Of a stretch of 64,000 nt of DNA, positions 44,927 through 54,810 are shown one piece after another (within the stretch, counting starts at the first letter, position 1; each line of letters begins with the position of its first letter). The notes under the pieces were generated by a model. The model was not told the origin of the DNA and did no database searches. It saw only the letters and a program-made list of their open reading frames with translations. The translations under genes and the position numbers were made by a program. The DNA lies in NCBI GenBank assembly GCA_002496015.1, contig DAIF01000014.1:891-64890 (forward strand). The letters are read 5' to 3'. The stretch is from Candidatus Pacearchaeota archaeon UBA73 (GTDB taxonomy: Archaea; Nanobdellota; Nanobdellia; Pacearchaeales; GW2011-AR1).

Positions 44927-44989
44927 TATTCAGTTATATCCTGAAATATACTTTAGAAGAGTTTTTAACGTCAGAAATTATTTTTTTAG

Positions 44990-45994
44990 ATGAACTTGAA
45001 AATCGGAGAACTGAAACTGAAAAATCCCTTGATGTTAGCGCCGATGGTAGATGTGACTGACTTACCTTTTCGGCTTTTATGTCGTCGGGCGGGGGCGGCG
45101 ATGTGTTATACTGAAATGGTTTATGTTGATGCTTTGCTGCATGAGAACGCGTCAACGCTGAGAATGGTTAAAACTTGTGCGGCGGATAAGCCATTGGGTT
45201 TGCAGATTACCGGAAACTCTATTGAGGAGTTTGAGGAATTTGTTTCTCGCAGGAAATTGTGGGAAAAATTTGAGCTGATTGATTTGAATTGCGGGTGTCC
45301 TTCGACGCGGATTGTTGGGACTAAGGCCGGTTCGTATCTTTTGAAAGAGCCGGAGAAGATTGCTATGATTATTCGGATTTTGAAACAAACCGGAAAGCCT
45401 GTGACTGCGAAGATTCGTCTCGGGTATCTGAAAAATAATGTTTTGGAGATTGCGCGAATGATTGAAGGCGCGGGAGCTGACGCTTTGACGGTTCATGCAC
45501 GATTGTCTAATGAGCCGTATGCTAAGAAGGCGGACTGGGATTGGATTGGGCGAGTTAAGCGGGAGGTGGGAATTCCGGTGATTGGGAATGGCGACGTTTT
45601 TTCCGGAAAAGATGCGGAGGAGATTTTGAATATTTGCGACGGGGTGATGGTTGCGCGGGGCGCGATTGGGGATCCTTTGGTTTTTAGAAGGATTTTGAAT
45701 TATTTGACCGACGGGAAAAAGTATGTAACCAACCACCCCGAACCGCGGGGAGCCTCTGTTCGAGAGAATTGGGGGATGGATTGGAAAGAGAATTTGAAAC
45801 AGTTTGAAGAATATTTGAAATTAGAGAAGAAATATTTTGGCTCGAATGTGGATTTAGGGAAGATAAAATATGTCGGCGGGAAGTTTCTTCGTGGTTTTAC
45901 TGGTGCGTCAAAAAAGCGGGACGGGTTTATGAAGTTGAAAAATTGGGGGGAGATTGAGAAGTTTGTCGAGGATCTTCGTAAGAGTCTGGGTTGA
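44990..45994 (+). CDS. dus: tRNA-dihydrouridine synthase
   Basis: LAPMVDVTDLPFRLLCRRAGA start, IDLNCGCPS catalytic Cys region, and a TIM-barrel pattern. Confidence 0.85.
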   Translation: MNLKIGELKLKNPLMLAPMVDVTDLPFRLLCRRAGAAMCYTEMVYVDALLHENASTLRMVKTCAADKPLGLQITGNSIEEFEEFVSRRKLWEKFELIDLNCGCPSTRIVGTKAGSYLLKEPEKIAMIIRILKQTGKPVTAKIRLGYLKNNVLEIARMIEGAGADALTVHARLSNEPYAKKADWDWIGRVKREVGIPVIGNGDVFSGKDAEEILNICDGVMVARGAIGDPLVFRRILNYLTDGKKYVTNHPEPRGASVRENWGMDWKENLKQFEEYLKLEKKYFGSNVDLGKIKYVGGKFLRGFTGASKKRDGFMKLKNWGEIEKFVEDLRKSLG

Positions 45995-46482
45995 TTCCTC
46001 GTGCAATTAAAACTGTTGCCAGAAAATAGCCGGGTGCGGGAGGTCTTCCGTTGTGACCTACAATTCGCACGAATTCTCTTTGATTCATCCCCAAATGAGT
46101 TTCTTCTTCGTCGGCAATGCGTTTTATCAGTCTCGCTTCTTGTGGAGGAAGGGCGTCTAAATAGTTTTCTCTTGGCGACCCGCGAAGTCGCCTATAACGA
46201 GTGTATTCGACAGCTAAACGGGCTAATTGAGAGCCAGAAGTATCCAGAAGAGATGTATAAGTTGAACCCTTTGTTTTCGCGTTGTCATTTAAGCTAGTGG
46301 ATTTGATGGAGTTATAAAGATTTTTGTGGTGTATAGCACAAATAATTAGCCAAAATGAATTAGAGCGCCTTGGACGCGATGCACTTGATATTGGGAAGCT
46401 GGATTGAAAAATTAGTTGGAGGCGGTTAGGTTTTCTTTTTGGAGTGGGAAAGATTTATTAATTAAAATCTTGTGTGTAAAAC

Positions 46483-46701
46483 ATGGAAGAAAACATCACT
46501 TTGGGGAAAATATATGAAAAGCTAGGAAAGATAGAATTAGACATAGAACTGCTCAATGATAAGTTGGATTGGGCCAATGAGTTTAGTGAGGAGGAAAATA
46601 AGGAATTTGAGGAAGGAACAAGGGAAGCATGGAAGGAAATTGAGGAAGGCAGGTATGCAAGATATAATTCTACTGAAGAATTTTTGGAGAGCTTCAAATA
46701 A
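46483..46701 (+). CDS. Antitoxin-like small protein (RelB/ParD-class)
   Basis: An acidic 72-aa ORF. Its stop lies 1 nt before the ATG of the RelE/ParE-like gene. Confidence 0.5.
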   Translation: MEENITLGKIYEKLGKIELDIELLNDKLDWANEFSEEENKEFEEGTREAWKEIEEGRYARYNSTEEFLESFK

Positions 46702-46702
46702 A

Positions 46703-46948
46703 ATGCCTACGGTAAAGGAGAGCGATAGATTTAAGCTTGCAAAGTCTAGGTTGGATAAAAGTTATCTGATGAGGTTGAAGAAATTAGTAGAGAAAATAAT
46801 CGCAAATCCTCAGATTGGAAAACCTATGAAATACGATAGAAAGGATACAAGAGAGGTTTATCTTAAGCCGTTTAGAGTGTCTTATGCTTACGATAAAAAT
46901 GAGGATATATTGATCTTCTTGAATGTTTATCATAAGAAGAAGCAATAA
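46703..46948 (+). CDS. RelE/ParE-family toxin
   Basis: GKPMKYDRKDTREVYLKPFRVSYAYDKNEDILIFLNVYHKK matches the RelE/ParE C-terminal pattern. Confidence 0.6.
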   Translation: MPTVKESDRFKLAKSRLDKSYLMRLKKLVEKIIANPQIGKPMKYDRKDTREVYLKPFRVSYAYDKNEDILIFLNVYHKKKQ

Positions 46949-47066
46949 ATAGCTTAAACGAATTAGACGATGACTAACGAAGTCATTCGCTTAACTTATG
47001 AGGCAGCCAGTGCCGGACGCGCTCGACATTGAAAAGGCTTTTATACCCATTACCTGCTAAATAATT

Positions 47067-47465
47067 ATGGAAATATTTTGTCAAAGATGGTACGGGGATG
47101 GAAGGGAAAGATTTTCAACAGAGCCGCTTTTGAAGAAAGATTTTATAGTGATGAGAAGTGGGATTTTTATGGCAAAATCCTTGAGGCATTATCTGGAAGA
47201 AGGGACAATTGTTGGAAAATATTTTAGGATTCCTTCTGAACAAAGGCCTCTTGAGGGCGTTGGAAGTTCTGGGGTCTATCAAGTTGTAAGCATAACTAAT
47301 CAGGGTAATTTAATGGTTTGTGACGCAGGGGATTATTTATCTGAAAGATTTAGATATTTTGATCTTGAAAAATGTTTAAATGACAGAAGGGCTTCTTTTT
47401 TAGCAGCCTCTTTTGCGTCATTTCGTTTTAAGCCACAAGAACCAAAGTATATTGGCAACATTTGA
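47067..47465 (+). CDS. Hypothetical protein
   Basis: A 132-aa ORF with no motif. Confidence 0.3.
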   Translation: MEIFCQRWYGDGRERFSTEPLLKKDFIVMRSGIFMAKSLRHYLEEGTIVGKYFRIPSEQRPLEGVGSSGVYQVVSITNQGNLMVCDAGDYLSERFRYFDLEKCLNDRRASFLAASFASFRFKPQEPKYIGNI

Positions 47466-47484
47466 AATTTTTGATATGATTAGT

Positions 47485-47494
47485 TTTATATAAT
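47485..47494 (+). promoter_or_regulatory. Putative TATA box for cysS
   Basis: TTTTATATAA lies about 20-29 nt upstream of the ATG at 47514. Confidence 0.3.
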
Positions 47495-47513
47495 CTTTGA
47501 TTTTTAGTTGGAA

Positions 47514-48905
47514 ATGGCAGAATTAAAATTATTCAACACGCTGACGAGTAAAAAGGATGTTTTCAAACCGATAAAAAAAGAGGAGGTAGGAATGTATTCG
47601 TGTGGGCCAACGGTTTATTGGTATCAACATATTGGAAATTTGAGGGCGTATCTTTTTGCGGATACTCTGAGAAGAGTTCTTGAGTATAATGGTTATAAAG
47701 TAAAACATGTGATTAATGTGACCGATGTAGGACATTTGACTTCGGATGCGGACGAGGGTGAGGACAAAATGGAGAAGGCGGCCGCGAAAGAAGGGAAGAG
47801 CGCCGAGGAGATTGCGGACTTTTATTTTAAGGTCTTTCTTGAAGACCTAAAGAAACTAAATGTGAAACAGCCGAGCGCGTGGACGAAGGCGACCGAGCAC
47901 ATAAAAGAACAAATTGATCTGATTAAAAGATTAGAAAAAAAAGGATTTACTTATGAGACGACCGACGGAATTTATTTTGATTCTTCAAAGTTTAAGGATT
48001 ACGGAAAATTGGCGAAGTTAAAAATTGAAGGTTTAACGAGCGGGAAGAGGATTAATATTGGGGAGAAGAAAAATAAGACAGACTTTGCGTTGTGGAAATT
48101 TTCTTCGCCGAGCGAGAAGAGACAGCAAGAGTGGCCTTCGCCGTGGGGAATTGGTTTTCCGGGATGGCATATCGAGTGCAGTGCAATGAGCATGAAGTAT
48201 CTTGGAGAAAGTTTCGATATTCATACTGGCGGAGAGGAACATGTGCCTGTTCATCATACAAATGAAATTGCACAAAGCGAGTGTGCTACCGGAAAGAAGT
48301 TTGTAAATTACTGGCTACATTTCAGATGGCTGTTGAACAAGGGCGAGAAGATGTCGAAGAGCAAAGGTGGAATTTTTACATTGTCTGAATTGGAGGATAA
48401 AGGTTATGATCCGCTTGATTTTAGATATTTGTTTTTGCTTACACACTATCGAAAGTCAATGAATTTTGATTTGGAGACATTGGATGCAGCGCGGAATGCT
48501 CACAAGAAAATGAGGAGGAAAGTTGCTGAGTTGAGAAATGAGAAACATAAGGGGCAGGATAATTCAGAGGAATACGAAGATAAATTTGTCACGGCGATAA
48601 ATGATGATTTGAATATGCCTCGTGCGCTTGAGGTTGTATGGACAATGCTCGACGATTTTAATTTTGAACCGAAGAAAAAGTTGAAACTGCTTGAGAAATT
48701 TGATTTGGTTTTGGGGCTGAATGTCAGAGAAATGAAAGAAGAAAAGATTTCCGCGCCGAAGGAAGTTCTGGAATTAGTTAGGGAGAGGGAGAAGCTAAGA
48801 AAGGCGAAGATGTGGGCTGATTCAGATTTGTTTAGAGAGAGAATAAGAGAGAAAGGGTTTATTATTCAGGACACGCCGAAAGGACCGAAGCTGGAAAAGA
48901 TTTGA
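47514..48905 (+). CDS. cysS: Cysteinyl-tRNA synthetase
   Basis: CGPTVYWYQHIGNLRAY (HIGH), KMSKSKGG, and Zn-binding Cys/His residues. I chose the ATG at 47514. Confidence 0.95.
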   Translation: MAELKLFNTLTSKKDVFKPIKKEEVGMYSCGPTVYWYQHIGNLRAYLFADTLRRVLEYNGYKVKHVINVTDVGHLTSDADEGEDKMEKAAAKEGKSAEEIADFYFKVFLEDLKKLNVKQPSAWTKATEHIKEQIDLIKRLEKKGFTYETTDGIYFDSSKFKDYGKLAKLKIEGLTSGKRINIGEKKNKTDFALWKFSSPSEKRQQEWPSPWGIGFPGWHIECSAMSMKYLGESFDIHTGGEEHVPVHHTNEIAQSECATGKKFVNYWLHFRWLLNKGEKMSKSKGGIFTLSELEDKGYDPLDFRYLFLLTHYRKSMNFDLETLDAARNAHKKMRRKVAELRNEKHKGQDNSEEYEDKFVTAINDDLNMPRALEVVWTMLDDFNFEPKKKLKLLEKFDLVLGLNVREMKEEKISAPKEVLELVREREKLRKAKMWADSDLFRERIREKGFIIQDTPKGPKLEKI

Positions 48906-49161
48906 ATAGAGAAGTTCTGGCTGATTTTTATGGGATATGGTTTAACTGATCTTGGAGAGAAGGTCCTTTCCAGAGAGGACGAACGAGCTTGGCAAAAAAT
49001 AGATTATGGTGCGTTTAAAAAATTAGCCGGGCGTCATAGTGTTGTCAGAACGTTGAGAGAAATAGCTAAAGCAAAGTCTCTTTTTAGTGAAAACTCTGGT
49101 GACTTTTCTGTAAGGGACCTATAATAAGAAGAGATTTTGCGGAATCGGTAAGAGATATTAT

Positions 49162-50019
49162 TTAATAAAATCTTTTTTTGTATCTACTATGCTCTTCTGA
49201 ACGATGATGACTTGGCGAGGAGGTGTGATGTTCTTCTTTCTTTAACCGTTCGAGCATCTTTTTCTTTTCCTCTAATCTTCTCTGTGCATCATCTAAACGG
49301 TTGCGTTTTTTGTATTGTTCGATTTGTCTCTCGACGTCTTCTATCTCTTTTTCTATAACGTCTAGGTCTCTATCTGTGGAGGAGGATGATTTGTATTTTA
49401 CGTTTAATTTTACCGGCTCCATGCCATATTGAATCGTTTTTGGCGCTTTCAGCTTGGAAATGAGGAATACAACAATAGCGGCGATAACGCCTAAGATAAA
49501 AATACCTCCTACAGTGTAATAAACTATCTGGTAATTGCCGTCGTTAAAAACCGAGCCGTTTGAGGCGATTGCACTAGCTAAGATAGTATCTTCCTGATTA
49601 TCTTGGATATCTTCTTGTATTTCTTCAGTCTGGTTTTGGGGTTCTTCCGGCTCTGCGGGGGGCTCCTCGTCATCATACTCAGGGGGAGTATAATCTTCGG
49701 GAAAGAGATTCGGTAGCTGTATTGTTTCCCCGGCAGCATAAGGTCCCGGAAATTGTTCTCGGTATTTTTTGACATCAAACGCTTCTACCACAACCATCAC
49801 ACCGAAACTCGATTGGGTGCCCTCGTAGATGTGAGTCACATCGCCATAAATATCAGAAAGATATTTTTCAGGAGCGCTGTAGATTACTGTGAAATCAGTA
49901 TTCCAGATGGAGATAGATACGTCATGTCCAGGGAGCGTTTTTAGCTTAATCGTCGTTGCACCGGAAACCGCTGGCAGGACCAATAGGAGCGCAATTAGTA
50001 CTAATGTTGCTGGCTTCAT
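49162..50019 (-). CDS. Membrane protein with a signal peptide, an acidic low-complexity ectodomain, one TM helix and a basic coiled-coil tail
   Basis: MKPATLVLIALLLVLPAVSGA; EYDDEEPPAEPEEPQNQTEE; TM GGIFILGVIAAIVVFLI. Confidence 0.45.
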   Translation of the reverse strand: MKPATLVLIALLLVLPAVSGATTIKLKTLPGHDVSISIWNTDFTVIYSAPEKYLSDIYGDVTHIYEGTQSSFGVMVVVEAFDVKKYREQFPGPYAAGETIQLPNLFPEDYTPPEYDDEEPPAEPEEPQNQTEEIQEDIQDNQEDTILASAIASNGSVFNDGNYQIVYYTVGGIFILGVIAAIVVFLISKLKAPKTIQYGMEPVKLNVKYKSSSSTDRDLDVIEKEIEDVERQIEQYKKRNRLDDAQRRLEEKKKMLERLKKEEHHTSSPSHHRSEEHSRYKKRFY

Positions 50020-50315
50020 TAAATCACTTAGCTGAATATGTTTATAAAATTTTCCAGGAAGGGCTCTGTTTAAAATATCTCTGAATATCCGCCTAATAAG
50101 ATCGTTTTACTAATTTACTCTCGATAAAAACAACAACACTCAATTTTGTAAAGCTAAAAAGTTTTTTGAAGCTCCGCCTCAAGACTAGCTCTGTTCAAAG
50201 TTTGTCTATTTTACCTAATAATCCCTCTCGCGTATCCCTCCCAAATTAAATAAAGCCGACAAACTCCGGATAGAACCCAAGGTCGGAAAGATTTATAAAT
50301 AGATGTTTACCAGAA

Positions 50316-50816
50316 TTGTTCATGGCAAGAATGGTTTGGATTGGTGCGATTATTGTTGCATTATTTGTGTTAGTTTCTTTTGGTGCTTATGCTTTGGGTC
50401 AGATGGGTGCAGATGATAGTATAGACCCTACCCAGTTGATATCCTTACAGGAGGAGAATTCTCAGCTTGAAGTTAAAGTGACTGAATTGACTGCTCTGAC
50501 TTCTGAAATGAATCAGCAGATGGTCGTGTTGCGGTCGGAGAATACAAACTTGAAGAATCAGATACAGCAGTTGCAGAACCTACAGTCCGATGAGGATGAC
50601 GTGTGCGAGGATCTTGAGGATGAATGGGATGATCTTGAGAGGGAAATAGAGGATTTGGAGAATGAGATTGAAGAGCTGGAGGCTGAGATTGAAGATGCAG
50701 AAGGTGATGAACTCGATGATCTGGAAGACCAATTAGCCGATTTGGAAGATGAGCTTGAGGATTTGAAACAGGAGTTAGAAGATCTTGAAGACGAAATGGA
50801 TGATGAGGGTTGTTAA
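50316..50816 (+). CDS. N-terminally anchored coiled-coil protein with acidic DLEDE repeats
   Basis: TM VWIGAIIVALFVLVSFGAYAL followed by heptad and acidic repeats (EDLEDEWDDLEREIEDLENEIEELEAEIED...). The DNA shows GAAGAT/TTGGAG repetition. Confidence 0.45.
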   Translation: MFMARMVWIGAIIVALFVLVSFGAYALGQMGADDSIDPTQLISLQEENSQLEVKVTELTALTSEMNQQMVVLRSENTNLKNQIQQLQNLQSDEDDVCEDLEDEWDDLEREIEDLENEIEELEAEIEDAEGDELDDLEDQLADLEDELEDLKQELEDLEDEMDDEGC

Positions 50817-50843
50817 TCCGAAGTCAGTATTTTTCAACAGAGC

Positions 50844-51113
50844 TTATAACCCGTAAGATTCAGACAATATTTTTATTTTGCTATATTCTTGAAGGAACTC
50901 TTCTCCTTTTTTTGTAATTAGGAAATGCTTCTTCCCACCGATTTCAACAGATTCTATCAGTTTGTTCTTCAGCAGTTCCTCTAAGTAAGGTTTAATACTG
51001 TTGTTAGATAAATTCGCCTTGTAAATCAAGTGCGTTATTTTCGCCTGCTTACCTTTTCTTACTACTTCTAGAAGGTCTTTTATTACCTCTAATTTGGTTC
51101 TTTTCTTGGTCAT
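50844..51113 (-). CDS. Winged-helix DNA-binding protein (putative transcription regulator)
   Basis: An 89-aa ORF. ITHLIYKANLSNNSIKPYLEELLKNKLIE is a wHTH-like recognition helix plus wing. Confidence 0.4.
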   Translation of the reverse strand: MTKKRTKLEVIKDLLEVVRKGKQAKITHLIYKANLSNNSIKPYLEELLKNKLIESVEIGGKKHFLITKKGEEFLQEYSKIKILSESYGL

Positions 51114-51780
51114 TTTTAACTTTGGTGTGATTAACTAGAAGGATCAGGAAGCCCATGAATATGAGCAGTTCAGCCAGCAGATAGATTAAAATGTGAATCC
51201 CTAGGAACAAGTCTACGATGTGGCTTATCAGGATAAAGAGGAACGCAACATAGACGCGGTAACTGCTTGGAGATCTCACTCTCTTGTAGTTCCTGTAGAA
51301 GAAAGTCGTGAGGGCTGCGAGGATTATTGCAAGTGTAAGATAGAAAATGAAGTCGAAGTATATACTGAACAGTAGTGTAATCACGCTGAAGTAACCGAAC
51401 AGTATCACATCTCTTTTTTTCTGAGTCCTTGTGGTAATCAGGAATAGGATAAGGAATCCTATTAAGAGGAATATCTTGTAGAATGTGAATCCGAAGAAAT
51501 TGATAAGCTGCATGTTTTGTAGTTCCTGCGTTATCGAGATTATGAAATTGGCGCGTTCAAATATAACGTCGTGGCGAATAGTGAGGTTGGCGAATATTTT
51601 GGCTATGAAAGCAGCACCTATCGACACGAATGCCCACGAAAAATAAGTATATGTTTTTTTGTTCGTCAGAACGTAAACTCTTCGACTTTGATATGCAATC
51701 AATCCGGCAACGAGGGCGATTAGCAAGTCAATTATTGAATCTATACCATAGAAGTAGCCTAAAGAAAAGCTGAGAGCCAT
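51049..51780 (-). CDS. Polytopic membrane protein, hypothetical
   Basis: At least 6 predicted TM helices and a basic C-terminal tail. It overlaps the downstream wHTH gene by about 65 nt in another frame. Confidence 0.4.
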   Translation of the reverse strand: MALSFSLGYFYGIDSIIDLLIALVAGLIAYQSRRVYVLTNKKTYTYFSWAFVSIGAAFIAKIFANLTIRHDVIFERANFIISITQELQNMQLINFFGFTFYKIFLLIGFLILFLITTRTQKKRDVILFGYFSVITLLFSIYFDFIFYLTLAIILAALTTFFYRNYKRVRSPSSYRVYVAFLFILISHIVDLFLGIHILIYLLAELLIFMGFLILLVNHTKVKNDQEKNQIRGNKRPSRSSKKR

Positions 51781-52285
51781 AGTAACTCGAGCGTGGTTTT
51801 GTTTATAAGTCTTGTGAATTTAATTTCTGTATCTTGACTTCTTGACTGATTTAAATAACATCTTACTGGATATTATGGAGGTAACAAATGGCAAACGCGA
51901 CACAACAATTCCTTGAAAATGAGGAGAAAAATCTGTTGAGACAACAGATACTTCGGCCGGAAGAGCTGTTTTTGCTGCAGTATCTGAAGGACTCGAACAG
52001 AAAATCTTCTCAGAGGCTGCAGGAAGCTTATGAATTGGATCTGGCGATCGGAGACTAGTAAACTATGAGGAGTATAAGGAAGATAAGTCCAATCAGAGCT
52101 TCGATCATTCCGATGAGCTTAAACTGACTTTCTTTTTTTATTAATTTTTTGACGAACTTTGCAGTCTGCCGGGGGAGTATGAGTATGAGCATCCCTTCTA
52201 GAAGGAGTATTGCTGCGAATATGATGACGATGGTTTCCCAGAACATATTTTCTGGAACAGGTCGGGGTATAAAGATTTGTCGGTT

Positions 52286-52816
52286 TTAACCCATGTGAAT
52301 CGGCTTTGAGGAATTATAAAGGGGCTTTTTTCCGTAAACTGCAACGCCTAAATTATAATGCATTTTTCCGGTGTTACTCTCTATGTCATGCCATCTTTTT
52401 TTTAGTTCTCTGAATGTAAGATATGTTCTTCTTATTGAGGACGGGTCTTCGAAATACATTTTATTTTTGCTGTATCCTATCGCGACCACATAATGTCCGT
52501 CGTCCCAGTTATTCTCCCAATCAACATTATTCTTATTTGCCCAAGCTTGAATAAGGAGGATTACTGGAATGTCTTTATCTAAATATTTTTTTACTTCAGA
52601 GACTGTCATATATTGGGCGGTGCATTTTAAGCCGTATTTTCTTAACACTTTCAGGATTCCTTTTATGGGTGTGCCCGAGTTAGTTGTTTTCGCAATTTTC
52701 ATTATCCTATCACCGCGGACGTCGATTCCATAATAAACAAGGATAGATTGGGTTGCTGTTGAACCGCAGTCATGATCGAATACTTGCCTCAACTTCGGAA
52801 AGTTTAGCATCTTCAT
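52286..52816 (-). CDS. C39-like papain-fold cysteine peptidase (second copy)
   Basis: QVFDHDCGSTATQSILVYYG (Q..CG), HYVVAIGY (His). The start overlaps the infB stop. Confidence 0.55.
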   Translation of the reverse strand: MKMLNFPKLRQVFDHDCGSTATQSILVYYGIDVRGDRIMKIAKTTNSGTPIKGILKVLRKYGLKCTAQYMTVSEVKKYLDKDIPVILLIQAWANKNNVDWENNWDDGHYVVAIGYSKNKMYFEDPSSIRRTYLTFRELKKRWHDIESNTGKMHYNLGVAVYGKKPLYNSSKPIHMG

Positions 52817-52818
52817 TT

Positions 52819-54555
52819 TTACATCCCCCAGTTGTCTTTGACTTTTCTTTTTATTTCAGCTATTTCTTGAAGTATTCTTACTTCGTTCTGTGAGAGAAGG
52901 TCTTTGTTGGATTTAAATTTTTTGAACTGGCTTTCGCTGATGTCCGAATAGAGGAAGCGTGTTTCTTTAAGTTTTCTTTCGAAGTTCACTCCAGGTAGGG
53001 CAATGGCTACTTCTTGTCCCTCTGATGCTTCGTTGACCGAGGAGCGTTCTAGTTGGATTGATTTTACTCTTGCGACTTTGTCATTTGATTCGTCTATCAA
53101 GGGTTGTCCGACTGCTAATTTCCCACCAAGAACTCTGACTCCGAAAATTGCCGGGTTTAAATTTCTAAAAACATATTGATGTAAAATTTCTAGTTTACAG
53201 ATTTGCGCGAGTTCCATTAATCGAGCTTTTTCTATTTCTGCAGACTTGTTCTTTCTCCATTCTTGCAGGTCTTCGATTAGTTTGTACACTACGTCGTTAG
53301 TCAGGATTTTTATGCTCCCTGAGGGGACATCTTCTTCAATACCCACATTAAATCCAACTATTATTGCATCTAACGGATTGATTTCTTCGTTTGCCCGCGC
53401 TGAAATGATGTCTGTTTTTTTAATTGGGCCGATGCCGGCTTTAACGACCTGGACGTTTTCCTGTTTAAGCAAAGTTAAGAGAGCCTCCAGGCTTCCCAAT
53501 GAATCTGCTTTTGCGATGATTCCTTTTTTGTCCAGTTTAATTGTTGAGGAGAGTTCTTTTTTGAAGTTCTCTTCAATAACGCTGAGGTTATTGTTGACTT
53601 TTTGGAAGGGCATTCCCGAAAGGATTCCTTCTTTATTTGTTAAATGTAAACGTAATCCTGTCGCGGCTGTTACTTTTTCTTTTGGTCTGTACCTGAAAGA
53701 CAGGGATTCAATTTCTTCTATTGCTCTGATTTTTGAGACGATTGTTTCATGGAACGAGGCGATCGCTATCTCATCTCCTTCCCGCAGCTCTCCATCGTAA
53801 AGTATTGCTTCTATGTTGTCAATTGATTTCTCTTTTTTGATTTCTATAATGACTCCTTTAGCTTCATCTGAAATTTTGAGACGCTGTTTGAGGAATCTTT
53901 GTGAGAGTCCGCAGAGTGTCAGGAGCAGCTCGGGTATTCCTTCTTTTGTTCGTGCAGAGCAGGGAACTATTGCTACACTTTTTGTAAAATCTTCTATGTC
54001 ATAGTATAAGTCAGATTCGAATCCATGTTGGGAGAGAGCGCCCTGGAATATGAGGAGGGATTCCTGGAACTCTTGTGTTACGTTCATTGACTGGGACACG
54101 ATGGATTCTTTTAAAGGGAGATTATTTTGGGTGCGCCAGCCGGATATTGTATCTACTTTGTTGAGTGCGATTAGGAAAGGCGTTTTATTGGCTCTGAGTA
54201 TTTGTAATACTTCCGCAGTCTGAGGTTTGATACCTTCTTTGATTGCGACAACGACAATTGCCAAGTCTGCAAGAGAGCCCCCGCGTTTTCTTAAATTTGT
54301 GAAGGCTGCGTGACCGGGTGTGTCAATAAAAAGGAAACCCGGGATTTCGAGTCGAATGTTGTGCTTATCGATTAACGGGCATGCGCACTTCACTTGAGCG
54401 AGAGGATATTTTGTGAAAGAAATTTTTTGAGTGATGCCGCCGGCTTCGCCTTCTTGAACGGAAGTTCCTCTAAAACAATCTAATATGGATGTTTTCCCAT
54501 GGTCTACATGTCCTGCAATCGTAACTATCGGCTGGCGAATTTTTTCGAGTGTCAT
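52819..54555 (-). CDS. infB: Translation initiation factor aIF5B (IF2 homolog)
   Basis: G1 motif GHVDHGKTSILD, DTPGH, NKVD, and beta-barrel domains II-IV. Confidence 0.95.
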   Translation of the reverse strand: MTLEKIRQPIVTIAGHVDHGKTSILDCFRGTSVQEGEAGGITQKISFTKYPLAQVKCACPLIDKHNIRLEIPGFLFIDTPGHAAFTNLRKRGGSLADLAIVVVAIKEGIKPQTAEVLQILRANKTPFLIALNKVDTISGWRTQNNLPLKESIVSQSMNVTQEFQESLLIFQGALSQHGFESDLYYDIEDFTKSVAIVPCSARTKEGIPELLLTLCGLSQRFLKQRLKISDEAKGVIIEIKKEKSIDNIEAILYDGELREGDEIAIASFHETIVSKIRAIEEIESLSFRYRPKEKVTAATGLRLHLTNKEGILSGMPFQKVNNNLSVIEENFKKELSSTIKLDKKGIIAKADSLGSLEALLTLLKQENVQVVKAGIGPIKKTDIISARANEEINPLDAIIVGFNVGIEEDVPSGSIKILTNDVVYKLIEDLQEWRKNKSAEIEKARLMELAQICKLEILHQYVFRNLNPAIFGVRVLGGKLAVGQPLIDESNDKVARVKSIQLERSSVNEASEGQEVAIALPGVNFERKLKETRFLYSDISESQFKKFKSNKDLLSQNEVRILQEIAEIKRKVKDNWGM

Positions 54556-54688
54556 GGTTTATTGAGTTTTTGAGCGGTTTTAAAGGTTTTTGGTAAGAAG
54601 GGGATATGTTAAAATCTCTTTTGCGCGGGTTTGGACTTCCAATTAGTCTGATTTCAGCTGAGAACCGTCAGGGTAACTGAATAGGACT

Positions 54689-54762
54689 ATGGGATCGCCG
54701 GGATTCGCACCCGGGTCACATGCCCCCGAAGCATGAAGGCTAACTAAACTACCCCACGACCC
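54689..54762 (-). tRNA. tRNA-Pro (anticodon CGG)
   Basis: The reverse complement is GGGGTCGTGGGGTAGTTTAGTTAGCCTTCATGCTTCGGGGGCATGTGACCCGGGTGCGAATCCCGGCGATCCCA. Anticodon stem CATGC/GCATG, loop TTCGGGG, T-stem CCGGG/CCCGG. Confidence 0.8.
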
Positions 54763-54810
54763 CATTAAATAGAGTCTAATTCCTTGGAGTTGCAAGCTAC
54801 TCGCGCAGAC

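Noticed and set aside
45152-45736. 194-aa minus-strand ORF inside dus
   Set aside because: It is antisense to the Dus TIM-barrel gene and Pro/Arg/Asn-rich low-complexity, so it is a shadow ORF.
46001-46297. 98-aa ORF downstream of dus
   Set aside because: There is no motif and the composition is unusual. It probably lies in the intergenic region, and I have no support for coding.
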